A stretch of 64,000 nucleotides of DNA, taken from positions 89,017 to 153,016 of the forward strand of contig JBAZSW010000002.1 in the NCBI GenBank assembly GCA_041662245.1, written 5' to 3'. Numbering within the stretch: the stretch's first letter is position 1; every line of letters begins with the position of its first letter. Below the pieces are notes generated by a model. That model ran no database searches. It was not told the DNA's origin and saw nothing but the letters and a program-made list of their open reading frames with translations. The DNA comes from Parcubacteria group bacterium. Lineage in GTDB: Bacteria; Patescibacteriota; Minisyncoccia; Moranbacterales; UBA9337. A program made the position numbers and the translations under genes. Shown piece after piece: positions 48,575-57,654 of this stretch.

Positions 48575-49537
48575 ATGTTGATAGATGATGTTACAATTAA
48601 AGTCAAAGCAGGCAAAGGCGGAGATGGAATGGTGGCTTTTGCTAAAACTCTGATGAATCAGGGACCAACCGGAGGAGATGGTGGAAGGGGCGGGAATATT
48701 ATTATTAGAGGAGTAAATGATTTGGGGGCATTGCGACCTTTTAAAACTAAAAAATTAGTAGCTGCTAAAAATGGTGGACAAGGCGAACAAAATATGAGAA
48801 CCGGAGCCAATGGAGCAGACGGAATAGTAGTTGTGCCGGTGGGAACATTGGTGCATGATTTGACTCATAAAAAAGATTATGAAATTAGTAAAATTGGAGA
48901 AGAAATTGTAATTTTAAAAGGGGGCAATGGCGGTTTTGGAAATTTTTATTTTCGTTCTAGCACTAACACCACTCCCGAGCAAGCCAACCCCGGTCAAATT
49001 GGAGAAGAGGCTCAGATAAGATTAGAATTAAAATTAATTGCCGACATTGGATTTGTGGGTTATCCCAATGTAGGGAAATCAAGTCTGCTTAACGAACTTA
49101 CTAATGCGTCAAGCAAAGTGGCTAATTATAAATTTACTACGTTAGAACCGCACTTGGGAGTTTATTATGAATTAATTTTAGCGGATATCCCAGGGATAAT
49201 TGAAGGAGCTTCGGAAGGGAAAGGTCTTGGACATAAGTTTCTCAAACACATCGAACGCACCAAAATATTATTTCATTTTATTTCAGCCGATAGTGAAAAT
49301 CCCTTGGAGGATTATAAAATAATCAGAGAAGAATTGGGAAAATTTAATAAAAAGCTTTTAAAAAAAGAAGAATGGGTGATCGTGAGTAAATCTGATGAAA
49401 AAAGTCCTGAGGAAGTTAAAAAAATTGTAAACAAGTTAAAGAAGAAAAACCCTCAAATAATTGCGTTATCTTTATTGGATGACAAAAGTATCGAGGGGGT
49501 AAGGAAGATTTTAAATGAAATAAAAAAGAATAAATAA
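48575..49537 (+). CDS. obg: GTPase Obg/CgtA
   Basis: Obg fold KAGKGGDGMVAF...GG.GG.GG; G-domain GFVGYPNVGKSSLLN, DIPGIIEGAS and VSKSD. The track ORF starts at an upstream TTG; the ATG is at 48575. Confidence 0.85.
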   Translation: MLIDDVTIKVKAGKGGDGMVAFAKTLMNQGPTGGDGGRGGNIIIRGVNDLGALRPFKTKKLVAAKNGGQGEQNMRTGANGADGIVVVPVGTLVHDLTHKKDYEISKIGEEIVILKGGNGGFGNFYFRSSTNTTPEQANPGQIGEEAQIRLELKLIADIGFVGYPNVGKSSLLNELTNASSKVANYKFTTLEPHLGVYYELILADIPGIIEGASEGKGLGHKFLKHIERTKILFHFISADSENPLEDYKIIREELGKFNKKLLKKEEWVIVSKSDEKSPEEVKKIVNKLKKKNPQIIALSLLDDKSIEGVRKILNEIKKNK

Positions 49538-49601
49538 TTTTGAATTTTAAATTTTGAATTTTAAATCAATTTTTAATGATTGAATGAAAAAATGGCGAAA
49601 T

Positions 49602-49630
49602 GTAGAGATGTGGCACTGCCACGTCTGTGC
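49602..49630. repeat. REP hairpin
   Basis: gtagagatgtggcactgccacgtctgtgc. Confidence 0.6.
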
Positions 49631-49766
49631 ATAATTTAATAATTAAGATATTTTTAATTAATTTTAAATTTAAAATTTAGCCTTTAAAATTAAGCAATCG
49701 TAAAAATAACAGGTTGCAATTTATTGAAGTATATTAAAATAATTTTAAAATTTAAAACGTAAATCT

Positions 49767-51083
49767 ATGTTAGATATAAAATATATTAGAGAGAACAAGG
49801 AGGCTATTGCAGAAGCAATTAAAAATAAAAATATTAAATTGGATTTAGATAAGCTCTTGGAGTTGGATAGAGAAAGAGTGGAGCTATTACAAAAAGTAGA
49901 AAAATTGCAAGCCGAAAAAAACGATTTAAATAATGAAATGGCCAAGGCTCAAAATAAAGAAGCGACAATCGAAAAAGGGGCTGAAATTAAAAAAGAATTA
50001 GCCGAGCTAGAGCCTAGATTTAAAGAAGTAAAAGAGGCTTTTGAAAATTTAATGGTAAAAGTTCCCAATATTGTTTCCTCTGATACCCCTTTGGGAAAAG
50101 ATGAAAGTGATAATAAAGAAGTCCTTGTTTGGGGAGAAATTCCTAAATTTGATTTTCCGATTAAAAATCACATTGAGATAGGAAAAAATTTGGATATTTT
50201 AGATTTGGAAAAAGGAACAAAAACAGCGGGTTATCGAGGATATTATCTTAAAAATGAAGGAGCTTCTTTAGTTATGGCTTTAATGATGTATGCTATAAAT
50301 AAAATGATTGAAAAGGGTTACACGCCCATGATTCCTCCTACTTTAGTAAAAGGAAACGCACTTTTTGGAACAGGATATTTCAGTGGCAAAGAATATGATT
50401 CCAAGGAAGATAATATTTATCAGTTAGCATCTGCCGATGAAGAGGTAGATGGAAAAACCAAAAAAGAAAAAAAATTCTTAGTGGGAACAGCTGAGCCATC
50501 GCTATTGGCTTATTATGCTGGCGATGTTTTAAAAGAAGAAGATTTGCCGATAAAAGTAGCGGGTTACTCGCAATGCTATCGGAGTGAAATTGGCAGTTAT
50601 GGCAAGGACACTAAGGGGTTTTATCGTGTGCATGAATTTATGAAAGTAGAGCAAGTGGTTTTAATGAAAGCGGATGAGGAGGCTTCAGTAAGAATGCACG
50701 AAGATATGTTTGCTATTTCTAAAGAAATACATGAAGAATTGGGATTACCTTATCGGGTACTTCAAATTTGTACGGGTGATATGAGTGCAGGAAAATATCG
50801 AGCTTACGATATTGAAGCTTGGATGCCGGGACTTAATCGTTGGGGAGAAACGGGGAGTGCTTCTAATTTTACTGATTGGCAAGCTCGTCGACTTAATACT
50901 AAATACGTAGATAAAGAGGGAAACAAAAAATTTGTTTATATGCTCAATAATACTGTACTTCCAAGTGTGCGACCTTTTATCGCTATTTTAGAAAACTTTC
51001 AGCAAGCGGATGGTAGTGTGATTATTCCCGAAGTTTTGCGCAAATGGATGTCAGGAAATATCGAAAGAATTTTGAAAAAATAA
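49767..51083 (+). CDS. serS: Seryl-tRNA synthetase
   Basis: N-terminal coiled-coil arm, then class II core GYSQCYRSEIGSYGKDTKGFYRVHEF. Confidence 0.85.
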   Translation: MLDIKYIRENKEAIAEAIKNKNIKLDLDKLLELDRERVELLQKVEKLQAEKNDLNNEMAKAQNKEATIEKGAEIKKELAELEPRFKEVKEAFENLMVKVPNIVSSDTPLGKDESDNKEVLVWGEIPKFDFPIKNHIEIGKNLDILDLEKGTKTAGYRGYYLKNEGASLVMALMMYAINKMIEKGYTPMIPPTLVKGNALFGTGYFSGKEYDSKEDNIYQLASADEEVDGKTKKEKKFLVGTAEPSLLAYYAGDVLKEEDLPIKVAGYSQCYRSEIGSYGKDTKGFYRVHEFMKVEQVVLMKADEEASVRMHEDMFAISKEIHEELGLPYRVLQICTGDMSAGKYRAYDIEAWMPGLNRWGETGSASNFTDWQARRLNTKYVDKEGNKKFVYMLNNTVLPSVRPFIAILENFQQADGSVIIPEVLRKWMSGNIERILKK

Positions 51084-51156
51084 ATTGTAGAGGCGTGATT
51101 CATCGCGACTAAAGACAATATTGTAGAAACGCGACAAATTTCGTCGTTCACGAGCG

Positions 51157-51226
51157 ATAGAATAAATCGGCATCTCTACATGATGTTTGATAAATATGTT
51201 GTAGAGACGCAATTTATTGCGTCTAA
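51157..51226. repeat. REP pair in inverted orientation flanking the RAYT 5' end
   Basis: cgatagaataaatcggcatctctaca (reverse) and tgtagagacgcaatttattgcgtctaaaa (forward). Confidence 0.7.
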
Positions 51227-51233
51227 AATAAAA

Positions 51234-51899
51234 ATGACAGACAAGTTCAAAAATAAATATAAAATAGATTCTACTCGTTTAAAAAATTATGATTATTCTC
51301 AAAATGGAATGTATTTTGTTACCATTTGCACTAAAGATCATAAGCATTTTTTTGGTGAGGTGATTGATGGAAAAATGATTTTAAATGATGTCGGTAAAAT
51401 TGTAGATAAATTATGGCAAGAAATTCCTAGATATTTCCCATTTGTAAAATTAGATATTTATCAGATTATGTCTAACCATATTCATGGGAATTTGGAAATA
51501 ATTCGAGACGATAATGTAGAGACGCGATTTATCGCGTCTAAAACTAACCATATTCATGGGAATTTGGAAATAATTCGAGACGATAATGTAGAGACGCGAT
51601 TTATCACGTCTCAAACAAACGGAGGTGTTGCTGGTGGAAGTAATCCGATGCTAAATCCAGATTCATTATCAAGTATTATTCGTTGGTATAAAGGTAGATG
51701 TTCATTTGAAATCAGAAAAAATATGAAGGGTGTAACTTTTGCTTGGCAACCTCGATTTTATGATCATATAATTCGCGATAATGAATCTTTGAATAAAATT
51801 CGTGAATATATAATTGAAAATCCTGAAGTGTGGGAAAAAGAAGGAGATAAGATAGAGAATAATTTTAATGTAGAGACACGATTTGTCGTGTCTAATTAA
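51234..51899 (+). CDS. REP-associated tyrosine transposase (RAYT, IS200-like Y1 HuH transposase) with a 72-bp in-frame REP-containing tandem duplication at 51474-51617
   Basis: HuH motif SNHIHGNLEI and C-terminal RAYT signature WQPRFYDHIIRDNESLNKIREYIIENPEVW. The gene is flanked and internally punctuated by GTAGAGACG...CGTCTCTAC hairpins. Confidence 0.8.
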   Translation: MTDKFKNKYKIDSTRLKNYDYSQNGMYFVTICTKDHKHFFGEVIDGKMILNDVGKIVDKLWQEIPRYFPFVKLDIYQIMSNHIHGNLEIIRDDNVETRFIASKTNHIHGNLEIIRDDNVETRFITSQTNGGVAGGSNPMLNPDSLSSIIRWYKGRCSFEIRKNMKGVTFAWQPRFYDHIIRDNESLNKIREYIIENPEVWEKEGDKIENNFNVETRFVVSN

Positions 51900-51925
51900 G
51901 ACGCGATGAATCGCGTCTCTACGGG
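51869..51925. repeat. REP pair (forward plus inverted) at the RAYT 3' end
   Basis: tgtagagacacgatttgtcgtgtcta and aagacgcgatgaatcgcgtctctacggg. Confidence 0.7.
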
Positions 51926-51935
51926 TGTAAAAAAT

Positions 51936-53165
51936 ATGCAAAAAGAAACAAAAAAAAATTTAAAATTTCCTAAAGACTTCATGTGGGGGGTAGCCACCGC
52001 TTCTTATCAAATTGAAGGTAATAATTCTAATTCGGATTGGTGGCAATGGGAAGAAAAAGGAGAAACAATTGATAAGTCAGGTTTAGCTTGTGATTATTGG
52101 AATAGATTTAAAAATGACCATGACTTTTTAGATGAATTGGGAGTAAATTCTTTTCGTCTGTCGCTAGAGTGGAGCAGGATTGAAAATAAAGAAGGAGAAT
52201 TTTCGCAAGAAACCATTTCGCATTATCGGGAAATTTTAGAAGATTTAAAAAAGAGAAATATCAAAACTACTGTAACTCTTTGGCACTGGACCAGTCCCAT
52301 TTGGTTTCAAAGAAATTATGGATTCCATAATAAAAAATCTGTCGAAATTTTTACCAGATATTGTCAAAAAGTAGTATCGGAATTGGGGGATTTGGTTGAC
52401 ATTTATGTCGTGGTTAATGAACCGATGGTGCCTTTGGGAATGGGATTTCTAGGAGGAGTTTTTCCTCCCGGTTTTAAAAATCCTTTTAAATTTTATCGAG
52501 CCTTAAATAATGTTGCTAGCGCTTATAAGAATATTTATAAAATAATCCATGAAAAATATCCGACAGCTCAGGTGGGAACTAGCTATCTCTATAATTGGTA
52601 TGAAAGATCTGATTCTAAGATGGTGAATGTTATAAATAAGATAAGTCAATGGTATCGGATAGATTTATTGGGTAATAAAATTAAGGATTATCAAGATTAC
52701 TTAGGAATTGATTATTATCGAATTGGAAAAATAAAATTTAATTGGAGAAAAATAAAATTAGACACTAAAAATCAAATTTATTTTGGTTTTACCATTGAGG
52801 AAAATAAAGAAAATTTGATGAAATGGATTGCTTATCCGGAAGGAATTTATAAAGTTTTAAAAGAGGCTCAAAAAAAATATAATCTTCCAATTTATATTTT
52901 AGAAAATGGTTTGCCGACAACTGAAGGAACAGAAGATGTCGAAAGAGTAAAATTTATTCAAGATCATTTGTTTTATGTGAAAAAAGCCATGGCTGAAGGG
53001 GTGGACGTGAGGGGATATTATCATTGGTCACTTTTAGACAATTATGAATGGCTTTATGGTTATGCGCCACGTTTTGGTTTGATTGAAATGAATTATGAAA
53101 CTTTAGAAAGAACGCCACGCAAGAGTTTTTATGCGTATAAAAAAATAATTGAAAAGACGCGATAA
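51936..53165 (+). CDS. Glycoside hydrolase family 1 beta-glucosidase
   Basis: FMWGVATASYQIEGN, acid/base motif VVNEP, nucleophile motif YILENG and C-terminal YHWSLLDNYEW. Confidence 0.85.
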   Translation: MQKETKKNLKFPKDFMWGVATASYQIEGNNSNSDWWQWEEKGETIDKSGLACDYWNRFKNDHDFLDELGVNSFRLSLEWSRIENKEGEFSQETISHYREILEDLKKRNIKTTVTLWHWTSPIWFQRNYGFHNKKSVEIFTRYCQKVVSELGDLVDIYVVVNEPMVPLGMGFLGGVFPPGFKNPFKFYRALNNVASAYKNIYKIIHEKYPTAQVGTSYLYNWYERSDSKMVNVINKISQWYRIDLLGNKIKDYQDYLGIDYYRIGKIKFNWRKIKLDTKNQIYFGFTIEENKENLMKWIAYPEGIYKVLKEAQKKYNLPIYILENGLPTTEGTEDVERVKFIQDHLFYVKKAMAEGVDVRGYYHWSLLDNYEWLYGYAPRFGLIEMNYETLERTPRKSFYAYKKIIEKTR

Positions 53166-53229
53166 ATCGGCGTCTCTACAATGTATTTGATAGGAATCTA
53201 GAATGTAGAGACGTGATTTATCACGTCTA
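53154..53229. repeat. REP pair (inverted plus forward)
   Basis: aagacgcgataaatcggcgtctctaca ... tgtagagacgtgatttatcacgtcta. Confidence 0.7.
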
Positions 53230-53400
53230 AATAGAATATAGAAACATGATCTATCACGTCTAAATAGAATATAGAAACATGATCTATCACGTCTAAATAG
53301 AATATAGAAACATGATCTATCACGTCTAAATAGAATATAGAAACATGATTTATCACGTCTAAATAGAATTTAGAAACATGATTTATCACGTCTAAAAATT
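53198..53400. repeat. Tandem array of at least 5 33-bp REP-derived units (tagaatatagaaacatgatctatcacgtctaaa)
   Basis: Exact 33-bp periodicity with no spacers. The units derive from the adjacent REP with a decayed left arm. Confidence 0.8.
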
Positions 53401-53491
53401 GTTAGCTTGTTTTTATGCTAAAATGTTAACGTGCCAATATGTTTTTGTGTTATAATGTATTCATTGAACATTGCTTATAAAAAAAACAAAA

Positions 53492-54808
53492 ATGGAAGAG
53501 GAGCCTTTGATAAAATTAAAAAATGTTCAGCTGACATACAATGAAGGTAAGCCCAACGCCTATAAAGCTTTGCATGATATTAATCTTCAGATAAAAGATA
53601 ATGCTTTTGTGATTATTTTCGGGCCCAGTGGATGCGGTAAATCCAGTTTGCTAAACACTATTTCCGGCCTAGAAGTTCCTGACAGTGGAGAAGTTTTTGT
53701 GGCGGGAAATGATTTGATTAATATTAGTAATAAAAATCACGTTAATTTTCATCGAAATATTATTGGAATGGTTTTTCAATCATATAATTTAATTCCTACC
53801 TTGAGTGTTTTGGATAATGTAGCTATCCCGCAAATATTTGTTTCTAATAATAAAAAGAAGAGAGAAGAAAAGGCGATGAAACTTTTGGATAGATTTGGGA
53901 TTATGCCTCAAGCGCATAAATTACCGTCAGAACTTTCTGGAGGGCAACAACAAAGGATAGGAATTGCCAGAGCGATTATTAATGATCAGCCGATAATATT
54001 GGCAGATGAACCTGTTGGAAACTTGGATTCCAAGTCAGCCAATAATGTAATGCAGATACTGAGCGAATTGAATAGGGAAGAGAAAAAAACGATAATCATG
54101 GTTTCCCATAATCCGGAGAACATAATTTGGGGCAATCATATTATCTACATGAAAGATGGAAAAATTGTCAAAGAAGATATCAAAAATGCTCTTGGCGAAA
54201 CAACTCAAGTTAAGAAGGAGGAAGATGATGAGTTTACCAAAATTGAAGCGATGCTCAGAAATTTCCAAGGATTGACCAAAGAACAAATCAAGATATTAAT
54301 TACTCCGATGAAATCAGAAATTTTGACTAGGTCAGTTTTGGTGGATATGGACGAGAAGCAGATGGGTATCTTGGAAGAAGGAATTAGAAGAAGGATTTTA
54401 GATACCATAACTCCCGAAGAATTTTTTGAGAGAATTGATAAATCAGATAAATTGGGTGGAGTAGATATGGATATCCGAACTGCTCATCGAGTGGCCAAAA
54501 AAGTAGAGGATGTAATTGCTTTGGCTCATATTGTAAATAATCCCGATAATGATGATCATGAATACAAGGCTAACTCTATAGTCAAATATTTATTAACTCA
54601 GGACAATGTGAAGATTGATCCTAATCAAATAAATAAATTAAAAGAATTGATTAAGCATAGGATAATGAATAGAATCGATAGAGGAGTTTTCAAACAATTA
54701 TTAGATTCGCCTATCCAAAATAACGGAGCTGGTTTTAACAGCCGAACAGCTAAAAAAGTATCAAAAACTATGGATATGATTTTAATGGTAGGCTATGGTA
54801 TGGCTTAA
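53492..54808 (+). CDS. ABC transporter ATP-binding protein (MacB/LolD-like) with a long C-terminal extension
   Basis: Walker A motif GPSGCGKSSLLN; signature LSGGQQQRIGIARA; Walker B motif ILADEPVGNLD. Confidence 0.8.
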   Translation: MEEEPLIKLKNVQLTYNEGKPNAYKALHDINLQIKDNAFVIIFGPSGCGKSSLLNTISGLEVPDSGEVFVAGNDLINISNKNHVNFHRNIIGMVFQSYNLIPTLSVLDNVAIPQIFVSNNKKKREEKAMKLLDRFGIMPQAHKLPSELSGGQQQRIGIARAIINDQPIILADEPVGNLDSKSANNVMQILSELNREEKKTIIMVSHNPENIIWGNHIIYMKDGKIVKEDIKNALGETTQVKKEEDDEFTKIEAMLRNFQGLTKEQIKILITPMKSEILTRSVLVDMDEKQMGILEEGIRRRILDTITPEEFFERIDKSDKLGGVDMDIRTAHRVAKKVEDVIALAHIVNNPDNDDHEYKANSIVKYLLTQDNVKIDPNQINKLKELIKHRIMNRIDRGVFKQLLDSPIQNNGAGFNSRTAKKVSKTMDMILMVGYGMA

Positions 54809-54889
54809 CCGCACTATAATATATAATTGGGAATTTGATAATTTAGAATGGAATAAGCTTGTGATATTAATCAAAAAATAATTTAAATT

Positions 54890-56095
54890 ATGTTGGTATT
54901 GGATACAATCAGAATATCATCTAGATCGTTTAAAAATAATCGATTGCGAACATTTTTAACGATAATGGGTATTAGTATAGGAATCGCTTCTATCTTTTTT
55001 TTGGTTTCTTTGGGATATGGTTTTCAGAAAGTTGTTTTGGAAAGGATTGCTACAAGCGACTCCTTGCTTTCCATCGATGTGTTTCCCAAAGCGAGTGGAG
55101 GTAAAGAAATAAATGTTATATCCGACAAAGACATCCCTGAAATAGAGAAGGTAGACGGAGTCTTAAAGATTGCTCCTATTATTACTCAAAAATTTAAAGT
55201 GCATAGTGGCGGGTTTATCACTGAGGCTAAGGTAAATATTGTTAGTGATGATTTTTTTAAGTTGGAGGGATTGGCTATTCAAAAAGGAAGTTCTCTTTCT
55301 GACGGGAGTAAGGATGAAATAATAGTAACTACCTCCGTCTTAGATTTATTGCATATCGATAGCAGTAATTTTAAAAATAAAGAAATAGTTATCGATATTT
55401 CAACTCTAACGGAGCAAGAAAGAGAATCTTCCACTAATGATGAAACTACTCAAAAGAAATATAAAATTGTGGGGATGATAAATGATAAATCAAAAGCCAA
55501 TGTTTATATTTCCAATGTTTCAGTGGCGGAATTGGGATTTAATTATTTTAACAGGATAAAGATAAGGGTTTCTGCTGAAAACAAAATAGGTTCCGTGCGA
55601 AATGAGATAAGCAGTAAGGGCTATATCGTTTCAGCTATTTCCGATACAGTTGATCAAACTCGAAAAATTTTTAATATAATTCAAATTGTTTTAATTTCTT
55701 TTGGAATGTTGGCTCTAGTAGTTAGCGCTATCGGAATGTTTAATACTATGACCATCTCTCTATTGGAAAGAACGCAAGAGATTGCTATAATGAAATCGTT
55801 AGGTGCCAGCGCGCGAGATATCTGGAGTATGTTTTTGACAGAGTCAATTTTAATTGGTTTTCTGGGCGGAACAATGGGAATTTTAATTGGATTTTCTGGA
55901 ACGGAAACAGCTAATTTTCTTCTAAATTTAATAGCTAAAAATTTTGGAGGAATAAGTGTGGACATATTTTATATTCCTTTATGGTTTGTGCTTTTTATAA
56001 TAATTTTTTCCACAGTTGTAGGATTGATAACCGGATTTTATCCAGCCAAAAGAGCAGCCGCTTTGGACACCTTGGAAGCGTTGAGATATAAATAG
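54890..56095 (+). CDS. ABC transporter permease, FtsX/MacB-like
   Basis: N-terminal TM helix, periplasmic domain, and the C-terminal FtsX motif ERTQEIAIMKSLGASARDI with 3 further TM helices. Confidence 0.75.
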   Translation: MLVLDTIRISSRSFKNNRLRTFLTIMGISIGIASIFFLVSLGYGFQKVVLERIATSDSLLSIDVFPKASGGKEINVISDKDIPEIEKVDGVLKIAPIITQKFKVHSGGFITEAKVNIVSDDFFKLEGLAIQKGSSLSDGSKDEIIVTTSVLDLLHIDSSNFKNKEIVIDISTLTEQERESSTNDETTQKKYKIVGMINDKSKANVYISNVSVAELGFNYFNRIKIRVSAENKIGSVRNEISSKGYIVSAISDTVDQTRKIFNIIQIVLISFGMLALVVSAIGMFNTMTISLLERTQEIAIMKSLGASARDIWSMFLTESILIGFLGGTMGILIGFSGTETANFLLNLIAKNFGGISVDIFYIPLWFVLFIIIFSTVVGLITGFYPAKRAAALDTLEALRYK

Positions 56096-56235
56096 TAAAA
56101 ATATCAAATGCCAAATTTCAAATTCCCAATAAATGTTTTAATGACTAGATTTTGAATTATTAAATATTATATCTCTAATTTTTGAGTCATTTGAGTTTTT
56201 ATTCGTAAATTAAATTTGTATTAATTTTAAAAATA

Positions 56236-56808
56236 ATGAAATTCAACAAAGAAACTTTTGAAATAATATTTTTTGCCAGAGCTGGTCAAGGCGCTAAAAG
56301 TATTGCCGAATCATTAGCACAGGCAGCGGTAAGTGAGGGAAAATTCGTTCAAGCTTTTTCTTTTTATGGACCGCAACGGAGTGGTGCTCCTACTAAAGCT
56401 TTTGTAAAAATTTCTGCAAGTCCTATTCGCAATCATGAACCCATTATTGATCCTGATGTAGTAGTGGTTTTAGATGATACGTTAGTGACCAGTGAAGATG
56501 TGGGTAAAAACATTACCGAAAATGAATCTGTGATAGTCAACACTAGAAAAACTGAGGAGGAAATTAGAAAGAGTATTAAAGATTTTAAAGGAAACATTAA
56601 AGCTGTGGACGCTAGTGGAATTTCTCTAGATGTAATCGGACAAATTCAGCCCAATGGAGTGATTTTGGGAAAATTAATCGCAATTACCGAAATTGTAAAA
56701 TTGGAAAGTGTCATCAACCAATTTCGAGAAATTTTTGAAAAAAAGATTGGAGCAGAATTGACCCAGAAAAATGTGTTGGCAATTGAGAAAGGATATGATT
56801 CTTTTTAG
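56236..56808 (+). CDS. porG: Pyruvate:ferredoxin oxidoreductase gamma subunit
   Basis: ARAGQGAKSIAESLAQAAVSEGKFVQAFSFYGPQRSGAP. Confidence 0.8.
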   Translation: MKFNKETFEIIFFARAGQGAKSIAESLAQAAVSEGKFVQAFSFYGPQRSGAPTKAFVKISASPIRNHEPIIDPDVVVVLDDTLVTSEDVGKNITENESVIVNTRKTEEEIRKSIKDFKGNIKAVDASGISLDVIGQIQPNGVILGKLIAITEIVKLESVINQFREIFEKKIGAELTQKNVLAIEKGYDSF

Positions 56809-56852
56809 CTTGTAGTGTTTTAGTTTGTAGCTTTTTAGATATAAATCATTTT

Positions 56853-57113
56853 ATGAAAAATAATTTAAATTCATACAGAGATTTAATAGTATGGCAAAAA
56901 GCTATGGAGCTAGTGACAGAAATTTATAAATTAACTGACAAATTTCCAAAAGAAGAAATTTATGGAATTGTATCTCAAATGAGAAGATGTGCAATATCGA
57001 TACCTTCAAATATTGCAGAGGGAAGAAGACGGGATGGAAAAAAAGATTTTAGAAGGTTTTTAATTATCGCTTATGGATCGGGAGCAGAATTAGAAACCCA
57101 AATTGAAATTTAA
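56853..57113 (+). CDS. Four-helix-bundle protein (TIGR02436 / '23S rRNA intervening sequence protein' family), C-terminally short
   Basis: YRDLIVWQKAMELVTEIYKLTDKFPKEEIYGIVSQMRRCAISIPSNIAEG. Confidence 0.65.
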   Translation: MKNNLNSYRDLIVWQKAMELVTEIYKLTDKFPKEEIYGIVSQMRRCAISIPSNIAEGRRRDGKKDFRRFLIIAYGSGAELETQIEI

Positions 57114-57243
57114 AAAAGATTAAAATTTTCAAAAGAAATAGAATTTATTGAAGTTGAGAAAATATTGCTGGAAATTATGAAGATGTTAAACAAATTGGTA
57201 TCGATACTAAAAAGCTAATAACTAAAATCTAAAAAGCTAAAAT

Positions 57244-57504
57244 ATGGAAAAAGGAGCTATCATAAAACATAATATAAAAAATGCCTCTCCGACGGGAAGC
57301 TGGAGAAATTATGCCCCAAGGGTGGATAGTGATAAATGTATTGGATGCAATACCTGTGTTAAATATTGTCCAGATGCGTGTATTGTTTTAAAAAATAGAA
57401 AAGATACAAAGCCGACTAAGCTAGCTGAGATTGATTTAGAATTTTGTAAGGGCTGTGGAGTATGCGCACAAGTTTGTCCAGCAAAGGCAATTGAAATGAA
57501 ATAA
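57244..57504 (+). CDS. porD: Pyruvate:ferredoxin oxidoreductase delta subunit (2x[4Fe-4S])
   Basis: CIGCNTCVKYCP...CKGCGVCAQVCP. Confidence 0.8.
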   Translation: MEKGAIIKHNIKNASPTGSWRNYAPRVDSDKCIGCNTCVKYCPDACIVLKNRKDTKPTKLAEIDLEFCKGCGVCAQVCPAKAIEMK

Positions 57505-57507
57505 ATA

Positions 57508-57625
57508 CCCAATGCTCAATAGACAATACTCATTTAATAATCAATAAATTAATATTCAATTGAATGTTGGATATTAAATATTGAATGAATATTGGATATT
57601 GTTTATTGAATATTAAGAAACAAAA
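57508..57625. repeat. Palindromic element, family C
   Basis: aatactcatttaataatcaataaattaatattcaattgaatgttggatattaaatattgaatgaatattggatattgtttattgaatatt. Confidence 0.7.
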
Positions 57626-57654
57626 TAAGTGATTATCTATTAATATAATTTCAA

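Noticed and set aside
51180-51233. Upstream extension of the RAYT ORF (MMFDKYVVETQFIASKIK) and of the GH1 ORF (51906-51935), the ABC ORF (53471-53491), the obg ORF (48530-48574) and the ATPase ORF (39573-39635)
   Set aside because: The extensions are translations of REP hairpins or promoter hexamers, several of them from TTG starts used by the ORF finder. Internal ATG codons that leave the regulatory elements upstream of the gene were preferred.
49745-51941. ORFs 49745..49945 - and 51702..51941 -; also 54035..54408 -, 55681..55965 -, 57309..57512 -, 59025..59276 -, 59530..59779 -, 61276..61605 -, 62621..62809 -
   Set aside because: They are antisense to confidently identified genes (serS, RAYT, ABC ATPase, FtsX permease, porD, MazG-like, porB, hypothetical membrane proteins).
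53198-53389. 63-aa minus-strand ORF (MINHVSKFYLDVINHVS...) and the possibility of a CRISPR array
   Set aside because: The ORF is a translation of the 33-bp tandem REP-derived repeat. The repeats are directly abutting with no unique spacers, so this is not a CRISPR array.
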